DNA of 64,000 nucleotides from Candidatus Aenigmatarchaeota archaeon. Lineage in GTDB: Archaea; Aenigmatarchaeota; Aenigmatarchaeia; GW2011-AR5. Below, in pieces: positions 18,960 to 26,497 of the stretch. Both the position numbers and the translations under genes were made by a program. The DNA lies in assembly GCA_016198685.1 (NCBI GenBank), contig JACQID010000006.1:160001-224000 (forward strand), written 5' to 3'. Position 1 is the stretch's first letter; the number at the start of each line of letters is the position of its first letter. The notes under the pieces are model-generated. The model was not told the DNA's origin, ran no database searches, and saw only the letters and a list, made by a program, of their open reading frames with translations.

Positions 18960-19972
18960 TGAGTTTTCGCTTCTCCGGAAAGTCTGGCAAACATGTCTTC
19001 AAAGTCCTTTACCGAAGGCCTTTTCATGACAGTGAAATTCGCAGGAGTAGCAGCTTCCCTCTGCAGGGGCGTTTTGCCTCCTAGCGGAGCAGAAAAGTCA
19101 ACTGTAGCCGAGAATTTTGCCTTTGACAATATTTGACTGAGTTCGCTGTACGGGAACGGCCTGAACATGACGATTCTTGCTATTCCTGCCTTAAGGCCAC
19201 GCTCTCTTGCCTTGTCGGCGGCTTTTTTAGCCGTGGCAGAGTGTGAACCCATTGTGACTAATATCAAATCAGCGTCTTCGGTTCTGTAGGTATCTATCAT
19301 GCTGTAAGGTCTTCTGAATTTGGCATTCCATGTTTCAGAAGCTGATTTGTATACAGTAGCTGCGTTTTCCATTGCCTTGAAATGCTGCATCTTAAGAGCC
19401 GGATTCCATGAAGGGCCGCCAAGAGCTGCCGGCTTCTTCGAGTCTATTTTGTGGGGAAGAGATTGATGATTAAGAAATGCTGATATAACCTTGTCGCCAG
19501 GTATGCTTACATCTTCCATGAGTGAAGCATCGTCAAATTGCACAACTGACGGGAGAAGAACCTTGCGGTCTTCTGAAACCCTGCATGCCAGCATTGTCAT
19601 ATCCATCAGTTCCTGAAGATTTTCTGCAGAAAACATTATGCATCCTGTGTCTTCCAGTGAATAGAATGCCGAATGAAGTTCGCCGGGCATGGACTGTGCA
19701 TGGGAGTAGAGAACTGAAATTACCGGAAGTCTCATGGAAGCACAGGTTGAAATATCTCTGCTTTGCAGTTTGTCTGCATCAAGAATTGCAATAGTACGTC
19801 TTCCTGTCATGGACGCCCCTGATGCGGAAACCGACGGAGTGCGTGTTTGAAGATATGTTTGTGCATTCTCTCTGCAGAGCGGAGAATCTTCGGGCGTGAC
19901 GCATGCTTCTGCTTCTGAGAGTTTTGCCGCAAGAAGTGCTGCGGCTTTAGCAGAAATGAAATCGGATGGCAT
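18947..19972 (-). CDS. 2-oxoacid:ferredoxin oxidoreductase alpha-subunit-like, divergent
   Basis: GASMTGRRT, MRLPV, DRKVLLP and YRTEDADLILVTMGS...RIVMFRPFP segments. Confidence 0.8.
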   Translation of the reverse strand: MPSDFISAKAAALLAAKLSEAEACVTPEDSPLCRENAQTYLQTRTPSVSASGASMTGRRTIAILDADKLQSRDISTCASMRLPVISVLYSHAQSMPGELHSAFYSLEDTGCIMFSAENLQELMDMTMLACRVSEDRKVLLPSVVQFDDASLMEDVSIPGDKVISAFLNHQSLPHKIDSKKPAALGGPSWNPALKMQHFKAMENAATVYKSASETWNAKFRRPYSMIDTYRTEDADLILVTMGSHSATAKKAADKARERGLKAGIARIVMFRPFPYSELSQILSKAKFSATVDFSAPLGGKTPLQREAATPANFTVMKRPSVKDFEDMFARLSGEAKTHWVI

Positions 19973-20247
19973 TACTTATCCACCTTCTCCTCTGAGATAG
20001 CATTGAAAGGCGTTTCTCTCAAGCAAACGAGGCAGCCAGTGCATGCGGAATAATTTATTTTCATCTTGCCGTTTTCGATTGTTATCGCGTCATCAGGGCA
20101 GGCTATGGTGCCAGGATAAGGATCCAGCGCCCTCTTAGCGTCGACTTTCGGCACAACTGATTTCCATTTGCTCCTATCCAAGAATGCCGGCACGCAAACT
20201 GGCAGCATCTTCACGTCGTGCTTTATCTCTTCTTCTGAAATTATCAT
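19972..20247 (-). CDS. Oxidoreductase delta subunit (ferredoxin-like), partly degenerate
   Basis: CPDDAI and INYSACTGCLVC; Cys ligands of the first cluster are missing. Confidence 0.75.
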   Translation of the reverse strand: MIISEEEIKHDVKMLPVCVPAFLDRSKWKSVVPKVDAKRALDPYPGTIACPDDAITIENGKMKINYSACTGCLVCLRETPFNAISEEKVDK

Positions 20248-20257
20248 TAAATCACCT

Positions 20258-20788
20258 TTATTTCATGGCTTTATAGCCCGCTTCTATTGCGGAATAAGAA
20301 TCCTTCTTGCCTTCGGCTTCTACAGAGGCTTTTGCATTTTTCAATGGTATTTTGCCGAAAGCTTTCAGCGCGACACCGAGCATAACAGGCACTATGTCTT
20401 GACGTTTTATGGATTCCAGTGCTATGGAAGATGCGTCGACCTCTCCTGCTTTCTTAGGCTTTGAAGTATTTGTCATTACAACGGTTTCCTTTTTCGCTTT
20501 GATATCTGCTGTAGAATCAAGCAATATAAGAAAATCAGGCGCTTCGGGGATTTCTCTGCTTAGTATACCTTCTTTTTCCAGCCTTACATAATGAGAAGAA
20601 GGTGGGCCGTTTCTTTCAGGTGTGGAGTCACTAAAAGATTGGGAACGGAAGCCCGAGAGAAAACCGGCTCTTGCAAGAATGCGGGAGAGGGTTTCAGAGT
20701 CCTTTTTTCTTCTCCCCGTGACCTCGAAAGTAACCATATTACCACAATATGTGCTCAGTATAATATAAAGATGCTGAAAATCTCGCAT
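20258..20788 (-). CDS. Oxidoreductase gamma subunit-like, divergent
   Basis: ILARAGF...ERNGPPSSHYVRL...PDFLILLD...VDASSIAL pattern; probable start MVTFEV near 20740. Confidence 0.75.
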   Translation of the reverse strand: MRDFQHLYIILSTYCGNMVTFEVTGRRKKDSETLSRILARAGFLSGFRSQSFSDSTPERNGPPSSHYVRLEKEGILSREIPEAPDFLILLDSTADIKAKKETVVMTNTSKPKKAGEVDASSIALESIKRQDIVPVMLGVALKAFGKIPLKNAKASVEAEGKKDSYSAIEAGYKAMK

Positions 20789-20847
20789 TCCGTTGGGATG
20801 CGGGACATAAAAAATACTAATTTAGGCAAGTGATGATTTTTCTAAAA

Positions 20848-21141
20848 TCATGCCATGGCTTCCTCTGCAGGCTCCTCACGGTCAGCGCTGACAGGCGTTA
20901 CGTGCTTTATTATTATTATGTCACCCACCGATTTCACGATGGAATAAGGCACCACAACGCCCTTCTTGTCGCCGACGATTGAAGCGAGATGTGATCCCCT
21001 TACGGCATCCACGATGAGCGCCTTGACCTTGAAGCGGTCGAGGTCCAAACTTATATCTGTAACGCGCCCGTAGTAGACTCCTTTGTCAGTGAATACATCC
21101 TTTCTTGCAGTTTCCGAGAAATTGCATACATTCGCGACCAT
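20848..21141 (-). CDS. PRC-barrel domain protein
   Basis: KDVFTDKGVYYGRVTDI...VPYSIVKSVGDIIII. Confidence 0.85.
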   Translation of the reverse strand: MVANVCNFSETARKDVFTDKGVYYGRVTDISLDLDRFKVKALIVDAVRGSHLASIVGDKKGVVVPYSIVKSVGDIIIIKHVTPVSADREEPAEEAMA

Positions 21142-21322
21142 TTTATCACTTCTATTTTTATGTTGCTCAAAGAATTTAAAACCCTGTTACAGCTTTTTCA
21201 TGCTTATCCTATATACATTATCTATTCATTGTCACACTAAATAGCAAGGCGGTTGGTATAAATGCTATTCCTAAAGCTCAAACGTGCTATTATAAAACTT
21301 TTGTCCTAAATAGGAATTGTAT

Positions 21323-21463
21323 GCTGGGATAGCCAAGTTTGGTCCACGGCGCAGATTGGTAACAACCAAGCGCAAGTTTGCTAAACCTGTGTGCGTTTCA
21401 GGCTTTGCGCGTGAAGCACGCAAGCCAGCGAAGCACTCGAGGGTTCAAATCCCTCTCCCAGCG
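21323..21463 (+). tRNA. tRNA-Ser(GCT) with two BHB introns (21355-21375 at 29/30; 21400-21432 in the variable arm)
   Basis: Removing both introns restores acceptor GCTGGGA/TCCCAGC, anticodon arm CAGGT-TTGCTAA-ACCTG, variable arm GTGCG-TTT-CGCAC and the T arm. Both introns have 4-bp helices with 3-nt bulges. Confidence 0.92.
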
Positions 21464-21465
21464 TC

Positions 21466-21565
21466 GGGCCGGTAGTCTAGCGGCTTGTTGCCCGCTTTGC
21501 GGGCGCCTGTAAATGACGTCGCCTTTACACGGCGAAGGCCGGCGGTTCAAATCCGCCCCGGCCCA
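21466..21565 (+). tRNA. tRNA-Val(TAC) with D-loop intron (21486-21512, about 20a/21)
   Basis: GGGCCGG/CCGGCCC acceptor; TCGCC-TTTACAC-GGCGA anticodon arm; BHB helix GCGG/CTGT with bulges CTT and AAA. Confidence 0.9.
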
Positions 21566-21595
21566 TTTTTATAAGATTTCAGAGCGTATATATTC

Positions 21596-21856
21596 ATGGC
21601 GATTTTTGAAGAGTATGCGCAGAAACTGGATTTTCGAGGGCTGATGATAACATCAGTTATAACGGCTCTCGGTATCACAGTAGGTCTTTTCTGGCAGGAT
21701 GCAATAAGCCAAACAATTAATCAACTGCTTCCGCAGGAGGAAGGTTTGTTTTACAAGTATGTGGCAGCCGTGGCAGTGACGATATTGTTGGGAGTGATTG
21801 CTTATGCTCTCATGAAGTGGCAGGAATCACAGATAAAAACAAAGATAACCCGCTAA
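21596..21856 (+). CDS. DUF5654-like small membrane protein
   Basis: TALGITVGLFWQDAI...FYKYVAAVAVT two-TM pattern, recognised from memory. Confidence 0.65.
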   Translation: MAIFEEYAQKLDFRGLMITSVITALGITVGLFWQDAISQTINQLLPQEEGLFYKYVAAVAVTILLGVIAYALMKWQESQIKTKITR

Positions 21857-21897
21857 TGAAAGCATAAAAACCTTCCCTCGGAATGTAAACAGAGCGA

Positions 21898-21996
21898 GCT
21901 CCCGTCGTCTAGCCCGGCCATTTCCGGAGACTCCGGAAACCGTAAGGATAGAAGCCTTTCGAGCTTCGGACACGGGTTCAAATCCCGTCGGGAGCA
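21898..21996 (+). tRNA. tRNA-Glu(TTC) with D-loop intron (about 21920-21944)
   Basis: GCTCCCG/CGGGAGC acceptor; GAAGC-CTTTCGA-GCTTC anticodon arm; 9-bp intron stem TTTCCGGAG/CTCCGGAAA; relaxed BHB, boundaries uncertain by 1 nt. Confidence 0.9.
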
Positions 21997-22144
21997 TTGG
22001 GAATTTCTGCGGAGAAGCTTATGCTTCTCCGAGATATTGAAGGATTCTTCAACATAACCAAGGTTCTTTTTGAAAGCGGTGGATTTTTAAAACGCCCGGA
22101 GGGCCAGTATCCTTTGTGCAAATCCCGTAAGGAGCACATGAGGT

Positions 22145-22708
22145 TTGAGAACAGTTTTTATCCGTTTCGTTTCAATTCACTTCATGTTGTGGCTGCTCGC
22201 TCCCGCGTCGCTGCTGGTAGGCAGCGTTATATTCTTTCTTTTGGGTGGCGCGTCTGCAGTGGTCATATTCTTCATGATTTGGTTTGACAAGATTGTCCTT
22301 CGGAGCGTTACTCCATCGATACTTGGAATAGAACTGACCACAATTTCTACCATACTGATGGGAATTACGCTGGGGTCTGTCACTGCCTTTATACTTGCAA
22401 TTGTGGTCATGCCTATACTCGAAGGCGTGAAAATGCTGTTAGTACCGACGCCTTCAGAAGTTCCGCCTTTTATACCTACGCCTTATCATCTGCTTGACGG
22501 ACTTGTAGCCGCTGTCGCGCCGTTATTTGTATGGCTGCCTTTCTATGGAATAGTTGCCTTGCTGCTTGCCGGAAAATTAGCTCTGGATGCCGCCATAGAC
22601 ATTTTCGTATTTTCGAAGCCATTTGATGTGATATCAGGGGCCACGACGTTCATTTTCAACCTGATTATCAGCTGGCAATTCAGTATCTTCTTAGTGTCAC
22701 TTCTGTGA
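22145..22708 (+). CDS. Multi-pass membrane protein of unknown function
   Basis: Several TM helices; real start may be ATG 22184. Confidence 0.7.
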   Translation: MRTVFIRFVSIHFMLWLLAPASLLVGSVIFFLLGGASAVVIFFMIWFDKIVLRSVTPSILGIELTTISTILMGITLGSVTAFILAIVVMPILEGVKMLLVPTPSEVPPFIPTPYHLLDGLVAAVAPLFVWLPFYGIVALLLAGKLALDAAIDIFVFSKPFDVISGATTFIFNLIISWQFSIFLVSLL

Positions 22709-22746
22709 TACGCCGAGGATTAAAATGTTTAAATACAAGTTTCCAG

Positions 22747-23346
22747 ATGAAAATACTTGCCGTTTCGGATTTGCATAACGATTTTCGCCAGGTAAAAAAG
22801 CTTGCCGAACAGGCGGAGAAAGAAAACGTCGATGCGGTCATAATATGCGGCGATATAACTTATTTCGATGAGTACATGGACGGCATGATAGGGCCATTTC
22901 TCAAGAAAAATAAACAGGTGCTTTTCATCCCAGGAAACCATGACAGCGAAGCAACGACGGATTTCATAACCAAGAAATATGGCATAAAGAACCTGCATGG
23001 GGAAGCGGTTACGATAGGAGATGTATCGATTTTTGGGGCGGGCTGGACTACAAATGTTGGCCCTACGTGCATATCGGAAAAGGATATGAAAAACTACCTT
23101 GAGCGCGGCTTTGAGAAGTCAGAAGAAGGAAAGCGCGTCATGATAACTCACATTCATCCGAAGGGGAGCAGGATAGAGAAAAAATTCAAGTTTCCTGGAA
23201 GCTCGTCGGTCGCAAAAGCAATTTACGAACTGAAGCCGGATGTGCATTTCTGCGGTCATATACACGAGGCCGAAGGCATGGAGGAATTCATGGGCAAGAC
23301 GCATGTTTTTTCTTTGGGCAAGCACGGACGTATAGTAGAGATTTGA
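22747..23346 (+). CDS. Calcineurin-like metallophosphoesterase
   Basis: SDLH, GDIT, PGNHD, HIHP and GHIHE motifs. Confidence 0.92.
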   Translation: MKILAVSDLHNDFRQVKKLAEQAEKENVDAVIICGDITYFDEYMDGMIGPFLKKNKQVLFIPGNHDSEATTDFITKKYGIKNLHGEAVTIGDVSIFGAGWTTNVGPTCISEKDMKNYLERGFEKSEEGKRVMITHIHPKGSRIEKKFKFPGSSSVAKAIYELKPDVHFCGHIHEAEGMEEFMGKTHVFSLGKHGRIVEI

Positions 23347-23351
23347 TATTC

Positions 23352-23456
23352 ATGGATTGTCCGCGATGCGTAACGTTCCTTGATCAAGAAGATGTTGCAG
23401 GAGCGAAGAAACGCTCCAAATGCCTTAGGTGCGGCTATTATTTTGACTGTTGCTAG
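23352..23456 (+). CDS. 34-aa CPxC...CxxCG zinc-ribbon microprotein
   Basis: Hand translation MDCPRCVTFLDQEDVAGAKKRSKCLRCGYYFDCC, starting 5 nt after the upstream stop. Confidence 0.6.
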   Translation: MDCPRCVTFLDQEDVAGAKKRSKCLRCGYYFDCC

Positions 23457-23512
23457 ATTCTTATTTAAGGCACAAGTTGCTTTAAAAATGTTCTGCTAAA
23501 TCTAATAAGCAA

Positions 23513-23628
23513 GCGGGGGTCGTGTAGCCTGGCCAATCACGCAAGGTTGAGGGCCTTGTTCCTTAGTGGATACGGGAGTTCAAATTGGATTTTCCTACGG
23601 GAAGACCATGAAATTCTCTCCCCCCGCA
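23513..23628 (+). tRNA. tRNA-Leu(GAG) with T-loop intron (23585-23614, 59/60)
   Basis: GCGGGGG/CCCCCGC acceptor; CAAGG-TTGAGGG-CCTTG anticodon arm; long variable arm; perfect BHB TTCA/TGAA with bulges AAT and ATT restores TTCAAAT. Confidence 0.92.
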
Positions 23629-23721
23629 TATTTTTTTTCTTAATCGGTGTTTTGGAAGCAATGTATGATTGGCTTAAAATTCCGTATTTTAACCTTTACG
23701 AGTAATTATATAGTGTAGAAA

Positions 23722-25200
23722 ATGCGCATACGTCTCGAAACGTTCTTAGGTATTGCATTGTTATTACTTGTAGCGCCATCATATGCACAATTAGGCAGCC
23801 AGTATTTCTATTATTCGCCTAATGCATCGGATAGCGGCGTGGCAATTCATGACCAATTGATAGAGAGATTGCTTCCAGAAGCGGGAATTTTGTCCGATAA
23901 CGTTTTTTATCCTGCAAAAAGGCTTCTCGAAGACTTGCGGCTCCTGGTTACATTTGATGAGGAAAAAAGAATGTATTTGCATCTAGAATTTGCTGAAAGA
24001 AGGCTCCTTGAGGCAAAAGCCTTGGCAGAAAGAAACCAAACGGCAGAAGCGGTGGCCGCGTTGAACGATTACAAGAAAAGCATTGAAATATTCAGCGAAA
24101 GAGCGGCTGTAAAGAAAATACCGTTTCCTGTACGGAGCGAAATAAATTATGTCCAGCAGAGCGCCGCAAATCTGGAAACTAGACTCATCAGGCCTGAAAC
24201 GGCGCCTGAAGTTGAGAATGACGGCATATCACCTCCGGCAAATGACGTAAAGGAAAGTAGAGAGTCTCCAAGCATAACTCCGCCTAAAGGAGGGGGAGGT
24301 ATTATCATAATTGATGAGCCTGATGAAGAAGTTATCGAGCCTCCGAAAGGCGGCAGTAGTGGCGGAGGTGCGCCGCCTACCGAGCCGGATCCCATAGAAG
24401 AACCAATTACGCCGCCGGAGGATTCTCCTGCGCCAGAGATCACGCCTGAGCCAGTAGACGAGGCAATAGCTGTAACATTATTCAATACTGCCCAATGCAA
24501 AACAGTAGCTGGCAATGCCAGTCTGTTTAAAGATGGGGACTGGATGCTGCTTGTAACCGGCAATTTCGGCAATGAAATAAAGCCTGAATTTGTAACAGAG
24601 TGCCTGAAGATACTAGGCCCGGCAGGCAAGGACTTTAATTATGCCGTATATACAGGCAACATTGGCAAGCTTCAGAGGTTAGCAAGCATATTGGATAGCT
24701 CTGAGATTGACGCGATCGGGACAGTTTACGAACCGAGCGACTATGCTAACTTCAGCTGGGATTTCAACTTCACAATAGCTAACGCAAAAAATATCAGCAA
24801 GATAGCGCATGACGCAGGCTTTAAGAGCAGCATTTTGGTCACTGGAAGACCGTTGAGGGAGCGATCATTAGATAAATATGGTTGGGATTTCGGGCAGCTT
24901 GCTCATGACCTGGACACGATGATAATCCAGACACAGGGGGCCATACCCAGAGGAACGCTGGTCGCGGACATGAGATCACTCATAACGTACCGTAACAGAG
25001 CTGCTACGGAAGACAAGCCTGTGTTCTTGCAGATAACTGTATCGCCGCCCAATACCAACGCGAATGGAGTAGGATTGGATGACGCAAAAAACGCATACAC
25101 AAATATGCTCGCACAAGGCTTCCGGCCATCGATGTGGTGGACATCAACCGATGAAGGGAAGAGCCTTTTCATAAATCTTGTGAAATTTATCCGCAGTTAA
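23722..25200 (+). CDS. Secreted protein: DUF5667-like domain, Pro/Glu-rich linker, C-terminal TIM-barrel glycoside-hydrolase-like domain
   Basis: Signal peptide; AGILSDNVFYPAKRLLEDLRL...AERRLLEA (DUF5667-like); PPKGG/PEP linker; WDFGQLAHDLDTMIIQTQ resembles GH18-type barrels (inferred). Confidence 0.7.
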   Translation: MRIRLETFLGIALLLLVAPSYAQLGSQYFYYSPNASDSGVAIHDQLIERLLPEAGILSDNVFYPAKRLLEDLRLLVTFDEEKRMYLHLEFAERRLLEAKALAERNQTAEAVAALNDYKKSIEIFSERAAVKKIPFPVRSEINYVQQSAANLETRLIRPETAPEVENDGISPPANDVKESRESPSITPPKGGGGIIIIDEPDEEVIEPPKGGSSGGGAPPTEPDPIEEPITPPEDSPAPEITPEPVDEAIAVTLFNTAQCKTVAGNASLFKDGDWMLLVTGNFGNEIKPEFVTECLKILGPAGKDFNYAVYTGNIGKLQRLASILDSSEIDAIGTVYEPSDYANFSWDFNFTIANAKNISKIAHDAGFKSSILVTGRPLRERSLDKYGWDFGQLAHDLDTMIIQTQGAIPRGTLVADMRSLITYRNRAATEDKPVFLQITVSPPNTNANGVGLDDAKNAYTNMLAQGFRPSMWWTSTDEGKSLFINLVKFIRS

Positions 25201-25203
25201 TCT

Positions 25204-26061
25204 TTACTTCAGCCAGAAAACTTTGTTAGTTCTGCCGTATTTTTCCTTTCGCACAAGCTCCTGTTCCTCGAGTTTCGAGACTATCCTTGTGGTTTTGGCC
25301 CTTGAAAAACCAAATTCTTCTTCAATTTCTTTCTGAAGAATCATTTTGTTGGCCTGAAGCCGCTCAAGAACCTTCTTCTCGTCGTTTCTGAAGCCGCGCA
25401 GGAACGCGTCCTTGACTTTGTTTCTGAAATGTGCAAAGAAGATTATAGCAACGACGCTGATAATAAGAAGGACTATGACTATTTCACTGCCTCCTATGGC
25501 GCTATATTTCACGGAAAATATAAGGGGCTCAGTAATATCCTGGCCTGACCATTCAAGCATTATTCTTTTGCCATCGGAGATTGTTCGGGCATCAGGCGGA
25601 AAATAGCCTTGACCATCTATCACATAGCCTACAGGAAGCGTAACTCTTATGTTCATATTACTAACGGCTTGTTCAAATGAGAAACTTGTGCTGAATTGGT
25701 TGGCCGATGAACTGCGAAATACCGTTTCCTTCGAAACGAAACGAATTGTGATGTCTTTTGTGGGACTCTCAAGAAAAATATTGACGGCATAAAGCCCATT
25801 AACTGCAGCCACCTCGTGCCGGAGTTTTTGCGAGCCATCAAGAACTTCCAAATCAGTAATATCATTATTCAGATTATATGTCAGATTAGGGCTAGTTATC
25901 TGTTCCCTGAAATAGAAATGCATTTCCTGAATAACGCTTCCGTCAGGCTGTACGTCCAGTAATACCGTAAGGTTCTCTATAGGATGCCCAGCTGCCCCTG
26001 AGGCGGTTGTACCAAGGACCGCTAACGCAAAAAAGAGGTAGATTCTGGATAAATTTTCCAT
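25204..26061 (-). CDS. Membrane-anchored protein with extracellular domain and C-terminal winged HTH (COG2512-like)
   Basis: Signal peptide, TM helix, then DEKKVL...ILQKEIEEEFGFSRAKTTRIVSKLEEQELVRKEKYGRTNKV. Confidence 0.85.
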   Translation of the reverse strand: MENLSRIYLFFALAVLGTTASGAAGHPIENLTVLLDVQPDGSVIQEMHFYFREQITSPNLTYNLNNDITDLEVLDGSQKLRHEVAAVNGLYAVNIFLESPTKDITIRFVSKETVFRSSSANQFSTSFSFEQAVSNMNIRVTLPVGYVIDGQGYFPPDARTISDGKRIMLEWSGQDITEPLIFSVKYSAIGGSEIVIVLLIISVVAIIFFAHFRNKVKDAFLRGFRNDEKKVLERLQANKMILQKEIEEEFGFSRAKTTRIVSKLEEQELVRKEKYGRTNKVFWLK

Positions 26062-26108
26062 ATAGTAATTATTTAGGCTACTTATTTATTTCAAATCGTC
26101 TGCTGCTC

Positions 26109-26167
26109 TTGAAACGTTTCACAATTGTTTCACCACTGTTTCACCCCATTGTTTTGCACTTGAAACG
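26109..26167. promoter_or_regulatory. Candidate operator array: GTTTCAC x3 at 11-bp spacing plus flanking TTGAAACG
   Basis: GTTTCAC at 26116, 26127 and 26138; TTGAAACG at 26109 and 26160; lies between divergent genes. Confidence 0.6.
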
Positions 26168-26191
26168 GACTATAATTAATCAGGTGAGACG

Positions 26192-26497
26192 ATGCTATCG
26201 GAAACTGTAAAGGGAACTGGAAATGTAGAAAGCCGTCATGAGGTCAGTGCAGCGCTAGTGCACACGCAACGGTACCTCTCTGGCCAACGAAAAGTGTTCT
26301 ATTATACGTGGGATTGCCGGAATTGCGGAGCCTCATATTTTTTCAGCGCTTTTAAGTGCCCGCTATGTGAAGCCGCAGGCATGGATGCTGTAAAGCACAA
26401 GTGCAGCTATTTGAACTCGGCAAACCAGCGGACGAGCGAAAGTGGGAAAGTAAACAAGGGAGGTGTGAAAAAATGGAAAAAGCAGCAGGCCTTATAA
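26192..26497 (+). CDS. Small zinc-ribbon protein
   Basis: CRNCG...CPLC motif; GGTGA Shine-Dalgarno upstream of the ATG. Confidence 0.55.
   Translation: MLSETVKGTGNVESRHEVSAALVHTQRYLSGQRKVFYYTWDCRNCGASYFFSAFKCPLCEAAGMDAVKHKCSYLNSANQRTSESGKVNKGGVKKWKKQQAL

Noticed and set aside
26109-26167. GTTTCA/TTGAAAC motifs as degenerate CRISPR repeats
   Set aside because: The spacing is 11 bp with no spacer-length intervals; an operator fits better.
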